NCBI GenBank assembly: GCA_002497075.1
Contig: DAML01000012.1
Span: forward strand, 42,903 to 106,902
DNA length: 64,000 bases
Reading direction: 5' to 3'
From: Methanomassiliicoccaceae archaeon UBA472
GTDB lineage: Archaea; Thermoplasmatota; Thermoplasmata; Methanomassiliicoccales; UBA472
The position numbers and the translations under genes were made by a program. The notes beneath the pieces were generated by a model. The model made no database searches. It was not told where the DNA came from and worked only from the letters and a program-made list of their open reading frames with translations. Shown here piece by piece: positions 26,149 through 37,669 of the stretch (positions are counted from its first letter, which is position 1; the number at the start of each line of letters is the position of its first letter).

Positions 26149-27708
26149 TCAGCGCCGCATCAGGCGTCTCGCTTTCAGCAGTTTCTGCAGCAGACCATCC
26201 CGCTCCCCGTTGAAGGCCAGCCCGGTGAAATCGTGCATGGCCTCCATGCCCTCCTTTCCGTAGGGAGGCCACCATATCTCCGAGGAGAACTTACCGCGGT
26301 CGAGATGCACGTGCTGCCGTTCGATCAGCTCCTCGAAACCAGCGTCACCGTGGGTGCGCCCGAAACCGCTGTCCCCCCGGCCTCCCCAAGGAGTGGCCCC
26401 CAATCCGTAGGTGTAGGCGACGTTGTTGATTGTGATAGTTCCGGAACGGAGCCTGGTGGCGATCTCCCTTCCCTTCTCCACGTCCGATGTCCATACGCTT
26501 CCGTTGAGGGCGAACGGGCTGTCGTTCGCTAACGTTACCGCTTCATCCTCGCCATGGAACGTCATCAGCGCGACGATAGGACCGAACGTTTCCTTTCGAA
26601 CTATGTCCATGTGCTGCTCCGTTCTGACCACGGTAGGTTGGAAGAAGCAGCCTTTGCGCTCTGGCCGCTTTCCGCCGGCGAGAACTTTCGCACCTTGCTC
26701 CACCGCCCGGGCGAGCTGCCCCTCCATATCCTTGACCGCACCCTCGGATATCATGGACCCCAAAGAGACGCCGGGATCGTTCAGGTCGAAGCCCTGCTTG
26801 AGGGCTGCCACCTCCTTCAAGAGCAGTGAGGTGAACTTGCTCTCCAGACTTGCCTCGACGTAGATGCGTTTGACGGCCACGCAGGTCTGCCCGCTGTTCA
26901 CGAACGCGCCCCAGCAGGCCGCCCTGGCCGCCCTCTTCAGGTCGGCGTCCTTCAGGATGATCATGGCGTCCTTGCCGCCCAGCTCGAGCGTTATTGGCGT
27001 GAGCCTTTGCGAGGCGATGGTCATGATCCGCCGCCCGACATCGGCGTGGCCGGTGAAGATGATGCGGTCCACGTCGGACGCGGCCATGGCCTCCCCGACC
27101 TTAGGACCGGAGCCTACGGCCAGTTGCAGCAATCCGTCCGGGAGCCCGGCCTCCTTGAACAGTTCTAACATGCGCACTGTAGTGAGCGGGGTATGCGACG
27201 ACGGCTTCAGCACCACCCCGTTCCCGGCGGCCAGAGCCATCATCACCTGGGAGTACGGTATCGCCAGAGGATAGTTCCAGGGGGCGATGATGCCTATAAC
27301 GCCCAGCGGGCGGGGTATCAGATGCGAGGAACGGCCCATGTAGCGCATCATGGACGAGAGCGGCCCAAAATCGATCTTAGATTCCCGGAACACATGCTCG
27401 ATCCGGCTGGCGGCGAAGTCCCCTACGCTCAGGGCGTTCATGACGTCCGTGGCCAGGGATTCCATGAAAGGCTTACCGGTCTCTCTGGAAACCAGTTCAG
27501 CGAACTCGTCCGTCCTGTCGGCCAGTATGCCCTGCACCTTGCGGAGGAGCTGCGATCTTTTGGACGGCGTCTGGCTGCTCCAGGCGGCCTGTGCGCGTCT
27601 GGCCGTTTCCACCATCTCGGGAACCTCTTCGGGAAGGGCGCACTCGACGTCTCCCAACGGCTCGAGGGTGGCCGGGTTCGACTTGTGGATGACCGGTCTG
27701 CGGCTCAT
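26149..27708 (-). CDS. NAD(P)-dependent aldehyde dehydrogenase family protein
   Basis: ELGGKD and catalytic-Cys motif GQTCVAVKR; 519 aa. Confidence 0.88.
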   Translation of the reverse strand: MSRRPVIHKSNPATLEPLGDVECALPEEVPEMVETARRAQAAWSSQTPSKRSQLLRKVQGILADRTDEFAELVSRETGKPFMESLATDVMNALSVGDFAASRIEHVFRESKIDFGPLSSMMRYMGRSSHLIPRPLGVIGIIAPWNYPLAIPYSQVMMALAAGNGVVLKPSSHTPLTTVRMLELFKEAGLPDGLLQLAVGSGPKVGEAMAASDVDRIIFTGHADVGRRIMTIASQRLTPITLELGGKDAMIILKDADLKRAARAACWGAFVNSGQTCVAVKRIYVEASLESKFTSLLLKEVAALKQGFDLNDPGVSLGSMISEGAVKDMEGQLARAVEQGAKVLAGGKRPERKGCFFQPTVVRTEQHMDIVRKETFGPIVALMTFHGEDEAVTLANDSPFALNGSVWTSDVEKGREIATRLRSGTITINNVAYTYGLGATPWGGRGDSGFGRTHGDAGFEELIERQHVHLDRGKFSSEIWWPPYGKEGMEAMHDFTGLAFNGERDGLLQKLLKARRLMRR

Positions 27709-27781
27709 CGCTCTCCCGCAACGTCATAAGCGTAGATGAACCTGACCATGGTTTATCTACGTTGAAGCAGATATTTTGGGC

Positions 27782-28450
27782 ATGCCAAAGTCCTTCGTCC
27801 TGCTATTGGCCCTGGTGGTCATGATGGCCGCCCTGATACCGGCGCCCGCCGCGGCCGAGTCCGGGGACGGGGAGGCGTTAATACCGGCCGGGGGGCACCT
27901 GGTGCTGCTTAACTTCACTGTTGCGGCGGATCATCTGGATGACCCTGAGAACGCCGGGAACGTCCGTTACATGGCGTACCTGGACGAGAGCTCGGCGCAG
28001 GACTCGTTCGAAGTAATGGTCATGACCGCCGACACCTATCAGGAATACATCTCCGGCGGTATGTTCCAGCTGGTCATCGGCTGGGGCTCGAAGAACGTCG
28101 GGATGGTCCCCGCTTTCAACCTGGTGTATCTCTTTGAGGCGGGGGATTACGTACTGCTCATCGACAACTCGGACGTTGGCGACACCATCTACACCCCGGC
28201 CGAGCTAAAGGTCCATTTCGAGTACGAGGCGCAGAACGTGGAGGTGCCCCACGAGACCCGCTGGGACCTGTTCATCGCCCTCATGGTGCTGATCGCCCTG
28301 CTGGGAGCGGTGTTCCTGCTTCTCCTGAACATGTGGGTCAAGCACCGGTTGAACCGCGTGGACGAGGAGCGCAAGAAGAGGTGCTCCAACTGCGGCAAGG
28401 TGTCCATATCTGACGGGGATTACTGCCAGTACTGCGGAAAGGAGAGATGA
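27782..28450 (+). CDS. secreted, membrane-anchored protein with cytoplasmic C-terminal zinc ribbon
   Basis: Signal peptide MPKSFVLLLALVVMMAALIPAPAAA, about 150 aa of beta-rich ectodomain, a TM helix, then CSNCG-x9-CQYCG. ATG 27782 preferred over TTG 27776. Confidence 0.6.
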   Translation: MPKSFVLLLALVVMMAALIPAPAAAESGDGEALIPAGGHLVLLNFTVAADHLDDPENAGNVRYMAYLDESSAQDSFEVMVMTADTYQEYISGGMFQLVIGWGSKNVGMVPAFNLVYLFEAGDYVLLIDNSDVGDTIYTPAELKVHFEYEAQNVEVPHETRWDLFIALMVLIALLGAVFLLLLNMWVKHRLNRVDEERKKRCSNCGKVSISDGDYCQYCGKER

Positions 28451-30205
<1,755 letters not shown>

Positions 30206-30265
30206 CGGATTTGACAATGCCTATTAGTATCTTTCTCGGGGCCGGATGGAGCCAATGAAACAACT

Positions 30266-30287
30266 GGAAATGGAAAAAATGGAAAAG
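30266..30287 (-). terminator. oligo-T tract downstream of ndk (candidate archaeal intrinsic terminator or attenuator)
   Basis: The minus strand reads cttttccattttttccatttcc (T4, T6, T3 runs), starting about 25 nt after the ndk TAG stop. aIF5B follows on the same strand. Confidence 0.3.
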
Positions 30288-30311
30288 TGGGTTTCAGGAA
30301 GGTGTTTGGGT

Positions 30312-30761
30312 CTACTCGAACAACCAGACCTTGTTGCAGGCTTCGTAGCTCTGGAGCTCGTAGTCGTTGAAGAACAGCTCGATCTCCCTCTTGGCCGATT
30401 CCGGGGAATCGGAGCCGTGGATGATGTTGCGGCCGGTCTGCTGGGCGAAGTCCCCGCGGATGGTGCCGGGCGCGGCCTCCACCGGGTTGGTCTTGCCCAT
30501 CATTCCGCGCATGACGGAGATGATGTTGTCCCCTTCCCAGACCATTACGAGCACCGGACCGGAGGTCATGTAGCTGATGAGACCGGGGAAGAACCCCTTG
30601 GCCTTGTGCTCACCGTAGTGCCTCTCGGCCAGTTCGCGCGGGATGCGCATGAACTTCATGGCCACCGGGCGGAAGCCCTTGGCCTCCAGCCTGGCGACTA
30701 TCTGGCCCATGAGGCCGCGCTGCACGGCGTCCGGCTTCAGCATTACGAAGGTGCGCTCCAT
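30312..30761 (-). CDS. ndk: nucleoside diphosphate kinase
   Basis: [13 protein letters not shown]... and active-site NIIHGSDS. Start at ATG 30761, since the rest of the 264-aa track ORF is an alternate frame of the L24e tail. TAG stop. Confidence 0.93.
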   Translation of the reverse strand: MERTFVMLKPDAVQRGLMGQIVARLEAKGFRPVAMKFMRIPRELAERHYGEHKAKGFFPGLISYMTSGPVLVMVWEGDNIISVMRGMMGKTNPVEAAPGTIRGDFAQQTGRNIIHGSDSPESAKREIELFFNDYELQSYEACNKVWLFE

Positions 30762-30769
30762 CACGGGGC

Positions 30770-31123
30770 TCACTCCTTCGCGGCCTTCTCGGCCTCGGCC
30801 TTCTTGGCGGCCCTGGCCTTCTTCCTGGTGACGGTCTTGACCTTGGGCTCGGCCTTCTTCTCGACCTTCTCCTCGATCACGACCTCGGACCTCTCCTCGA
30901 CCTTGGCCTCGGACTTCCCCTTGGCCGCCATGGTTATGCCCTTCTTGGTGGCGTAGGCCTTGGTCCAGGTGACGTTCCTGGGCACCCGCTTGAGCTCGAT
31001 CATGTTCTTGTAGCACTTGTTGGTGCAGTAGAGCAAGGTCGTGCCGTCCTTCCTGACATACATCTTGCCGGTTCCAGGCTCGATCTGCTCTCCGCAGAAC
31101 GAGCATAAGTGTTGCTCAACCAT
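30770..31123 (-). CDS. rpl24e: 50S ribosomal protein L24e with Lys/Glu/Ala-rich C-terminal extension
   Basis: Zinc motif [31 protein letters not shown], followed by about 50 aa of [10 protein letters not shown]...[11 protein letters not shown]. Confidence 0.9.
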   Translation of the reverse strand: MVEQHLCSFCGEQIEPGTGKMYVRKDGTTLLYCTNKCYKNMIELKRVPRNVTWTKAYATKKGITMAAKGKSEAKVEERSEVVIEEKVEKKAEPKVKTVTRKKARAAKKAEAEKAAKE

Positions 31124-31136
31124 GTGTATGACCTCC

Positions 31137-31349
31137 TTACCTCAGGGAGAGCTTCCTCGCCTCTCTTGACGTCTCTCTGAGCATCAGGATGTCGCCCATG
31201 CGGACCGGACCCATGATGTTCCTGGTGATGATCCTTCCCTTGTCGCGGCCGTCCAGCACGCGGACCTTGACCTGGGTGGCTTCCCCGGTCATGCCCGTCC
31301 TGCCGATTATCTCCACAACCTCTGAAGGAATGCTATCTTCGTCTGCCAT
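31137..31349 (-). CDS. rps28e: 30S ribosomal protein S28e
   Basis: [22 protein letters not shown]...[16 protein letters not shown]; 70 aa. Confidence 0.93.
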   Translation of the reverse strand: MADEDSIPSEVVEIIGRTGMTGEATQVKVRVLDGRDKGRIITRNIMGPVRMGDILMLRETSREARKLSLR

Positions 31350-31361
31350 CTATGACACCCT

Positions 31362-31733
31362 TTAGCCCTTTATCTTCTTGACCTGGTCGACCAGGGCCTC
31401 CAGGATGGGCTTGCCCTTTCCAGCGTCGAGTATGGCGATGGAGGCGGTGGGCTTCTCCAGTCCGCAAGAGGCGCCCAGCTGGGCCTTGCTGTCAACGTAG
31501 ACGTACGGAATGTTCCTCTCCTCGCAGAGCATGGGCATGTGAGCCAGTATCTCAGGGGGCTGAACGTCCTCGGCCAGAACGACCAGGACTGCCTCTCCGC
31601 GCTCCACGATCTTGGTGACCTCGTTGGTGCCCTTCTTCAGCTTGCCGGTGTCCCGGGCCAGCTCGACGACCTCATAGGCCTTGTCCTTGAGTTCCTTGGG
31701 CATCTCGAATCTAACGAACACTGCTTTTGCCAA
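31362..31733 (-). CDS. rpl7ae: 50S ribosomal protein L7Ae
   Basis: KKGTNEVTK motif. Start proposed at TTG 31733 (MAKAVFVRFEMPKEL, a typical L7Ae N-terminus), preceded by ggaaggaggt 7 nt upstream. The track ATG at 31775 adds 14 atypical residues. Confidence 0.9.
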   Translation of the reverse strand: MAKAVFVRFEMPKELKDKAYEVVELARDTGKLKKGTNEVTKIVERGEAVLVVLAEDVQPPEILAHMPMLCEERNIPYVYVDSKAQLGASCGLEKPTASIAILDAGKGKPILEALVDQVKKIKG

Positions 31734-31941
31734 ACTTATACCTCCTTCCGATGCGTTAACATCCTCATTATTCATGGGCTCATAAGAGCAGGAACGCTCA
31801 AAGGAGTGGTTCTATAAAAGGGTTATCCACCCCCGCGGAACAGGGCCAGGGACCATTATGGGGGGATGCCCTTTTCTCTTCCCATAAAATTCCAGGAGAT
31901 CATTAATATGGTGATATTTTTTTCTATGCAGGGTGCGAGAC

Positions 31942-32166
31942 ATGAAAATGCCAGTCCCGAAGAAGATAATGATAGGTTTGGGAGCGTTCTTGGCGGTCAT
32001 CGGAGACACGCTAGCTTACTACATGATGACCGTGACGCACGAGGAGACCGTTCTGTTCATGACCACCGAGGTCTTCACCTACGAGCGAGACGCCATAATC
32101 ACTCCGGTGGCCATCGGCATCATCGGTGTGTTGCTTCTGGTCCTGGGCACGACAGCCAAGGACTGA
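31942..32166 (+). CDS. small 2-TM membrane protein, hypothetical
   Basis: Two hydrophobic helices (IMIGLGAFLAVIG and VAIGIIGVLLLVLG); ATG 31942 or 31948. Confidence 0.4.
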   Translation: MKMPVPKKIMIGLGAFLAVIGDTLAYYMMTVTHEETVLFMTTEVFTYERDAIITPVAIGIIGVLLLVLGTTAKD

Positions 32167-32174
32167 AGTTCCTA

Positions 32175-32909
32175 TCATGACAGCACCTTGGAGAAGATCT
32201 GACCCAGTCCGTCGACCGCTAAAAGTCCTTTCTCCTCCAGGGAGTAGAGATGCGTTCTGCGGTCCACGTTCACGTATCCCGAGTCCACCAGTTTCCTTAG
32301 GTGGAACTGCAGGTGTCCCTTCTGCATCTGCAGCTCCGACAACATCTCGGTGAAGCTGCGTGAGCTCGTGTACAGCAACGCCAGTATCTTGAGCCTCACC
32401 GTATTGGAAAGGGGGCTGAGCATGGCTTCCAGCTTTTCCGGCTCGAGGCCGGCGTAGGCGCTGTCGCAGGACCTCCGGATACCGGGGCGCCCGGTATGGA
32501 ACCGCAGCGTCTCGAGCATGGCCATCTGCTGCCTGCTCCGGTCCAGGACCGAGAGCAGCTCGTATTTCCGCTCGGCCTCCAACTTCAGGTCCGTGAGTCG
32601 GGCCACCACCTCCCGGACCTCGTCCAAAGACCTTATGGCGCCATCCAGGTCGTTGAGCTCGTACCTCTCCATCGCCCGGTCGTACAGGCCCGAGATGTCC
32701 ATAAGGACCGTCGATGGCCGGCCCGGCCACCCTTTCAGAAGATCGCGCAAGGCCTCGCGGTTATTCTCCAGATAGGATGTGCCTATCTGCTCGTGGAAGG
32801 CCTGGTCCATCTCGTCCCGGCGCAGGGATGTGACCGAGCGCCCGAGGGAGTCCAGACCCTGACGGAGCTCCTCGATCTTTCTCAGCAGTTCGTTCTCGCC
32901 CTCGCTCAT
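32175..32909 (-). CDS. ArsR-type wHTH regulator with long N-terminal coiled-coil region
   Basis: C-terminal SNTVRLKILALLYTSSRSFTEMLSELQMQKGHLQFHLRKLVDSGYV and a helical heptad-like N-terminal half. Start at ATG 32909. Confidence 0.7.
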   Translation of the reverse strand: MSEGENELLRKIEELRQGLDSLGRSVTSLRRDEMDQAFHEQIGTSYLENNREALRDLLKGWPGRPSTVLMDISGLYDRAMERYELNDLDGAIRSLDEVREVVARLTDLKLEAERKYELLSVLDRSRQQMAMLETLRFHTGRPGIRRSCDSAYAGLEPEKLEAMLSPLSNTVRLKILALLYTSSRSFTEMLSELQMQKGHLQFHLRKLVDSGYVNVDRRTHLYSLEEKGLLAVDGLGQIFSKVLS

Positions 32910-32973
32910 GAGTAATAGAATATTAGTACCTAGGTATATTAAAATATTACTAACTCCGATGATGTCGCAGGTC

Positions 32974-33618
32974 ATGAAAATGAAGATCGGCGTTGTAGCA
33001 TGCGAGAGCTTCCGGAAGGAGATGGACATTCTTACAGAGGGCGACCCGGACATAGTGCACAAGGAATACCTGGAGTTTGGGCTGCATTCCTACCCCCAGG
33101 ACCTGAAGAGGGCGGTCGTGGAGCACGTTAACGCACTGCAGGGAAAGGTGGACGCGATCTTCCTGGGATTCGGGACCTGCAATTCCCTCAAGGACGTTCG
33201 CAAGGAGCTGGTGGTCCCTACGGTCACCATCGAGGCCGATGATTGCGTGGGCGCCCTCCTTACCAATGAAGAGTACGCCCGAGAGAAGAAGGTCTGCGCG
33301 GGGACCCTGTTCGCCATCCCGTTCATGTCCGAGATGGGCACCGAGTATTTCGAGAAGGAGCTTTACAGCAAGATGCCGAACTACGAGGAGCTGGGGGTCG
33401 ACGCGCAGTGGTTCCTGGACATGCTGTTCGACGGTTATTCCAGGCTCCTGCTCGTGGACACCGGGGTGGGCGACGCGGAGGCGTTGAAGAGGAGATCCAT
33501 GGACATGGCTAAGAGGCTCAACCTGCGTTATGAGGAAAGACAAGGAACCCTACAGGTCCTGAAGGACCGCCTCCAGGACACCAAGGAATTGGCCTCCTCC
33601 CTGGCTCGTTCGGGATAG
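32974..33618 (+). CDS. DUF1638-like protein
   Basis: MKMKIGVVACESFRKEMD... with a conserved-looking FLGFGTC motif. Family recalled from memory (seen in anaerobes near corrinoid methyltransfer genes), unverified. TAG stop. Confidence 0.45.
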   Translation: MKMKIGVVACESFRKEMDILTEGDPDIVHKEYLEFGLHSYPQDLKRAVVEHVNALQGKVDAIFLGFGTCNSLKDVRKELVVPTVTIEADDCVGALLTNEEYAREKKVCAGTLFAIPFMSEMGTEYFEKELYSKMPNYEELGVDAQWFLDMLFDGYSRLLLVDTGVGDAEALKRRSMDMAKRLNLRYEERQGTLQVLKDRLQDTKELASSLARSG

Positions 33619-33621
33619 GCC

Positions 33622-34590
33622 CTAGATGAAGTGCAGCTGCTCCTCGTGGGGGTGGCGCACCCTTTTCACCTTTTCGAACGTGGCGCACACCGGCTGCTCC
33701 GTGTCGTTGCCGTAATGCAGGTACCACTTGTTGCACAGCCATTCCTGCAGCTTCGCGATGTCCTCGTTCTCCATATGGCGGAAGCGCCCCTGCAGCTTCA
33801 GATAGTCCGTCACGGGCAGCATGGTCTGCGGCTTGTACGTGGTCCGGGCCACCCCGTCATCCAATTCGTACAATGTCCACATCCCGGTCTCCACTGCCAA
33901 CCGCGATATCTCCACGGTCATGGAGGGATCGGAGCGCCAGCCGGGAACGCAAGGCGTCATGACGTGCAGGAAGCGGAATCCCTTCTTGGCCTTGGCCTTC
34001 TCCACTTTCCTTACGAAGTCATTGAAGTGGGCGATGGATAACGACGCGGCGTACGGCGGGTCGTGGGCGGCTATGATGGCCATGAGGTCCTTCTTGAACT
34101 CCCTCTTGCCCTCCACCTTCTTACCGACCGGCGTGGTCGTGGTCCACGCCCCGAATGGCGTCGCCCCGGACCGCTGGATGCCGGTGTTCATGTACCCTTC
34201 GTTGTCCAGGCACACGTACAGAATGTCCTCGTTGCGCTCCGCCGCTCCGGACAACGCCTGGAGACCGATGTCGAACGTCCCGCCGTCGCCGGCCAGACCG
34301 ACCACCGTGGAGCTGAGGCCCCGGCGCCGCTGAGCCGCCCGTATCCCTGAGGTCACCGCCCCGGTGTTCTCGAAGGCCGTGAAAAGATAGGGCGTCCTGA
34401 AGTTGCTGGTAGGATACATGGCGCTGATGACCACCAGGCACGAGGCGGGAACGTAGACGGTGGTGTCTGCCCCCAGTATCCTCATGATGTTCTTGACCGC
34501 CACGGCCATGCCGCAGCCGGCACAGGCCCCGTGGCCGCTGACGAACATATCGTTCGTAGGCATGTCCTTGATGGTCCTTATCTCGCTCAT
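33622..34590 (-). CDS. 2-oxoacid:ferredoxin oxidoreductase beta subunit (TPP-binding)
   Basis: GHGACAGCG and TPP motif GLAGDGGTFDIGLQAL. The start overlaps the alpha-subunit stop (ATGA). TAG stop. Confidence 0.9.
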   Translation of the reverse strand: MSEIRTIKDMPTNDMFVSGHGACAGCGMAVAVKNIMRILGADTTVYVPASCLVVISAMYPTSNFRTPYLFTAFENTGAVTSGIRAAQRRRGLSSTVVGLAGDGGTFDIGLQALSGAAERNEDILYVCLDNEGYMNTGIQRSGATPFGAWTTTTPVGKKVEGKREFKKDLMAIIAAHDPPYAASLSIAHFNDFVRKVEKAKAKKGFRFLHVMTPCVPGWRSDPSMTVEISRLAVETGMWTLYELDDGVARTTYKPQTMLPVTDYLKLQGRFRHMENEDIAKLQEWLCNKWYLHYGNDTEQPVCATFEKVKRVRHPHEEQLHFI

Positions 34591-35762
34591 TCCATATCCC
34601 CCCTGAGACCGTGCCAGGTGACGGGCCGAACCATCTCTCCCCTGGATGCCTTCTCAACGATTTCGTACATCTCCCTCATGTGCTCCGGGGTGATGTCGCG
34701 GCCTCCTATTCCGGCTACATGGCCGGTGACCACGGTCGGCACGTTGCACAGGGCCGCGGCCACCTCGGTATACACTGGACCGCCGCCATTGAACGATGCG
34801 GAACGGTCGAAGACGCCCAACGCCTTGAGATCGCGGCACGCTTCGCACAGCTCCTTGAACGGGAATGGCCTCATGAAGCGCAGTTTGATCAATCCCGCCT
34901 TCTCACCCTTATCCCGGAGCTCGTCCACTATCTGACGCGCTAGCCCGGTGGCCGTCCCCAGCGTCAGCATGGCGTATTCGGCGTCCTCCATGCGGTAGGT
35001 GTCGATCAAACCCCCGTAGGAACGGCCGAACTCCCTGGCGAACAGTTCGTCCACCTCGGCGATGACCTCGCGGGAGTGGTCGACCGCCCGGTCCAGCTGG
35101 TAGCGCATCTCCATGGCGTACTCCGGCCCCACGATCGGATTTATCAGCTTGGGATAGGAGGGGTCCAGCATGTTGTACGGAACGAACCGGGGAAGGAAGC
35201 GGTCCACCTCCTCCTGCTCAGGCATGTCCACCCGCTCCACGGTGTGCGACAGGATGAAGCCGTCTAGGCAGACCATGACCGGAAGCAGCACCCGGCGGTC
35301 CTCCGCCAGACGGAAAGCCATGAGCGTGGCGTCCAGCGCCTCCTGGTTATCTTCGACGTAGACCTGCAGCCATCCCGAGTCCCGCTCGGCCATGGAGTCG
35401 TTGTACTCCACCCATATGCCTGAAGCCGCCCCAAGGGAACGGTTGACGTTGGCCATCACGATGGGCAGGCGGTTCTGCGGCACGGCGTACAGCATCTCGT
35501 GCATTAACGCCAGTCCCTGCGAGGACGTCGCGGTGAACACGCGGACGCCACCGGCGCTGGCGCCAATGGCCATGCTCATGACCGAGTGCTCGCTGTCGGC
35601 AGGGATGAAGTCAGCGTCCAGCTCCCCGTCGTTTATGAACTCCGCCAGCTGCTCCACGATGAGCGTCTGCGGGGTGATGGGGAAGGACGGGACCACCTCC
35701 GTCCTGGCGAGCTTCGCCGCGTAGGCCACGGCGTGATCTGCGCTTATGACCTTCACCTTCAT
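34587..35762 (-). CDS. 2-oxoacid:ferredoxin oxidoreductase alpha subunit
   Basis: MKVKVISADHAVAYAAKLA...FPITPQT...SEHSVMSMAIGASAGGVRVFTATSSQGL. ATG 35762 overlaps the upstream stop (ATGA). Confidence 0.9.
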   Translation of the reverse strand: MKVKVISADHAVAYAAKLARTEVVPSFPITPQTLIVEQLAEFINDGELDADFIPADSEHSVMSMAIGASAGGVRVFTATSSQGLALMHEMLYAVPQNRLPIVMANVNRSLGAASGIWVEYNDSMAERDSGWLQVYVEDNQEALDATLMAFRLAEDRRVLLPVMVCLDGFILSHTVERVDMPEQEEVDRFLPRFVPYNMLDPSYPKLINPIVGPEYAMEMRYQLDRAVDHSREVIAEVDELFAREFGRSYGGLIDTYRMEDAEYAMLTLGTATGLARQIVDELRDKGEKAGLIKLRFMRPFPFKELCEACRDLKALGVFDRSASFNGGGPVYTEVAAALCNVPTVVTGHVAGIGGRDITPEHMREMYEIVEKASRGEMVRPVTWHGLRGDME

Positions 35763-36658
35763 CTGGATCCCCCCTTGATCATGTCGATGGCCTTTACCGG
35801 ACACACCTGGGCGCATATGCCGCAACCCTTGCAGTAGTTGAGGTCCCAGCGCACGTAGTCGTCCTCCTCCCTCTTGATGCACCCCTCGGGGCAGGAGAAC
35901 CAGCAGCGCAGGCACCTGACGCATTTCTCCTTGTCATAGCGGGGGGTCTGCACCCTCCAGCTGCCGGTGAGGTTCTGGCGGGCGCCCCCGGGACCGACAG
36001 CCACTCCTTCCACGACCCTCTCGTCAAGTGTGGTGCCGATGGGGATGTCCCTCCATCCAGGCAGCCATTCATTCTTCTGCGCCAGAGGTCGCTTTCCCTT
36101 GCACCTGCCGATGACCGCCTGGGCATGAGCCGCGGCCGCGGCGGCCGCATTGCTCCGTGCGGCCACCTCCCCGAACTTCTCCCCGAAGCGGTTCGCGATG
36201 GCCTGCTGCATGGACTCCATGCTGACCAGGTCGCATACCCTGACCACGGCGCCCAGTATCGCCGTGTTCACTATCGGGGCCTTGAGAAACTCCATGGCTA
36301 TCGACGTCGCGGGGACCGTGGCGCACTCCACCTCCACCCCTAGATCGATCTCCGTCGGGAGCTTCCTGGTGTTGATGACCGCCTTACCACCCGGTTTAAG
36401 ACCGCGGGCCACTGGCTCTATATCCAGAAGCGACCCGTCCAGCACCACCAGCAGGTCGGGCTCGTAGACCTGCGATTTGATGCTGATCTTCCGGTCGTCT
36501 ATGCGGGCGAAAGCCATGACAGGAGCGCCGCGCCGTTCCGCCCCGAAATATGGGAAGGCCTGAGCGTGCCTGCCCTCGATGACCGCCGCCTCCGCCAAAG
36601 CCTGGGCGGCCATGACCGCACCCTGCCCTCCGCGACCGTGGAACCGGACCTCGTACAT
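35759..36658 (-). CDS. 2-oxoacid:ferredoxin oxidoreductase fused gamma-delta subunit
   Basis: N-terminal gamma motif YEVRFHGRGGQG. C-terminal delta part with two 4Fe-4S motifs (CVRCLRCWFSCP, CKGCGICAQVCP). Start at ATG 36658 or 36673. Confidence 0.88.
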   Translation of the reverse strand: MYEVRFHGRGGQGAVMAAQALAEAAVIEGRHAQAFPYFGAERRGAPVMAFARIDDRKISIKSQVYEPDLLVVLDGSLLDIEPVARGLKPGGKAVINTRKLPTEIDLGVEVECATVPATSIAMEFLKAPIVNTAILGAVVRVCDLVSMESMQQAIANRFGEKFGEVAARSNAAAAAAAHAQAVIGRCKGKRPLAQKNEWLPGWRDIPIGTTLDERVVEGVAVGPGGARQNLTGSWRVQTPRYDKEKCVRCLRCWFSCPEGCIKREEDDYVRWDLNYCKGCGICAQVCPVKAIDMIKGGSR

Positions 36659-36736
36659 AGAACACCGGTTCATAATCTGAGCGTGACTTATTTAACGCTC
36701 CGCCTCTGATTTAAAAAGAAGGATGTTGGAAAGAGT

Positions 36737-37660
36737 TTAGACCTTCACCAGGTCGGACCATCCTTCGTATCGGGGATCCTCGCCCATGGCGGCCTTGTGG
36801 AACACCACGCCCAGCTTCTTGGTCACCGGCCCGATATTGCCCTCCGCTATCAACCGATTGTCGATCGAGCGGATCGGGGATATCTCCGCCGCGGTACCGG
36901 TCATGAACACCTCGTCGGCCATGTACAGCTCGGAGCGGGTGATGTCCTTCTCCACGACCTCTATTCCCAGGTCCCGGCCGATGGTCATGATGCAGTCCCT
37001 GGTGATGCCTTCCAGTATCCCGGCGGACACCGGCGGCGTGAACAGCCTGCCGTTCTTGACCATGAACACGTTCTCCCCGGTCCCTTCGGCCACGTTGCCG
37101 TTGGGGTTGAGCATCAGCGCCTCGTCGCAGCCGTGCTGGATAGCCTCCAGCTTCGCGATCACCGAGTTCACGTAATGCCCGCTGACCTTGGCATTGAGGG
37201 CGGCAGCGTGGTTGGAGTACTTCTCCCATGAAGACGTGATTATGTTCGCCCCCTGCTCCACCTGGTCCTTGCCCATGTACACGCCCATGTAGGTGCACAT
37301 GATGCTGACGTTAGTGCCCAGCTTACTGGGGTTCAGCCCGATCTTGTACTCGGGGTGAACGCCGTAGAATGCCAGCGGCCTCAGGTAATCTCCCTTCGGG
37401 TCCGCTTCCCTGACCACCTCGCGGCAGGCCTCGCACAATTCGTCCAAAGAGTACGGCACCTTCATCTGTAATACCTTAGCCGAGTTCAGGAACCGGACCA
37501 TGTGGTCCCTCAGCCGGAATATGTTCCTTCCCTGAGCGGTGTGATATACACGGATGCCCTCGAAGACCCCGGTCCCGTAATGGAAACCATGCGCCAGCAC
37601 GTGCACCTTGGCGTCCTCGAAGTTCACCAGACGTCCGTCCATCCAGATCTTTCCCTTCAT
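36737..37660 (-). CDS. ilvE: branched-chain amino acid aminotransferase
   Basis: IWMDGRLVNFEDAKVHVLAHGFHYGTGVFEGIR and EGTGENVF motifs. Confidence 0.92.
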   Translation of the reverse strand: MKGKIWMDGRLVNFEDAKVHVLAHGFHYGTGVFEGIRVYHTAQGRNIFRLRDHMVRFLNSAKVLQMKVPYSLDELCEACREVVREADPKGDYLRPLAFYGVHPEYKIGLNPSKLGTNVSIMCTYMGVYMGKDQVEQGANIITSSWEKYSNHAAALNAKVSGHYVNSVIAKLEAIQHGCDEALMLNPNGNVAEGTGENVFMVKNGRLFTPPVSAGILEGITRDCIMTIGRDLGIEVVEKDITRSELYMADEVFMTGTAAEISPIRSIDNRLIAEGNIGPVTKKLGVVFHKAAMGEDPRYEGWSDLVKV

Positions 37661-37669
37661 CTCATCACC

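Noticed and set aside
30762-31106. N-terminal 115 aa of the 264-aa ORF containing ndk
   Set aside because: This is an alternate frame of the L24e gene and its Lys/Glu-rich tail. NDK homology begins exactly at ATG 30761.
31734-31825. Possible K-turn in the ~85-nt leader of the L7Ae gene (autoregulation is known in some archaea)
   Set aside because: The leader has several UGA triplets (uaUGAgc, caUGAau, aaUGAgg). I could not build a convincing C-stem / 3-nt bulge / tandem G-A arrangement by hand. It needs a proper K-turn or covariance search before it can be claimed.
31826-31932. GC-rich stretch (ccacccccgcgg...ggggggatg) between the L7Ae operon and the small membrane gene, as a possible ncRNA
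   Set aside because: Only a 5-6 bp C/G stem with a large unstructured loop could be drawn, and there is no recognisable RNA family signature. More likely this is spacer between two divergent promoters sharing the ttctataaaagg box.
33616-34041. In-frame continuation after the TAG stop of the DUF1638-like gene (possible pyrrolysine read-through), and TAG stops elsewhere
   Set aside because: The downstream in-frame ORF is antisense to the OFOR beta subunit and has junk composition. After the cdc48 TAG another in-frame stop follows within a few codons; I did not check read-through for the remaining TAG-terminated genes. No gene in the window is visibly interrupted by an in-frame TAG.
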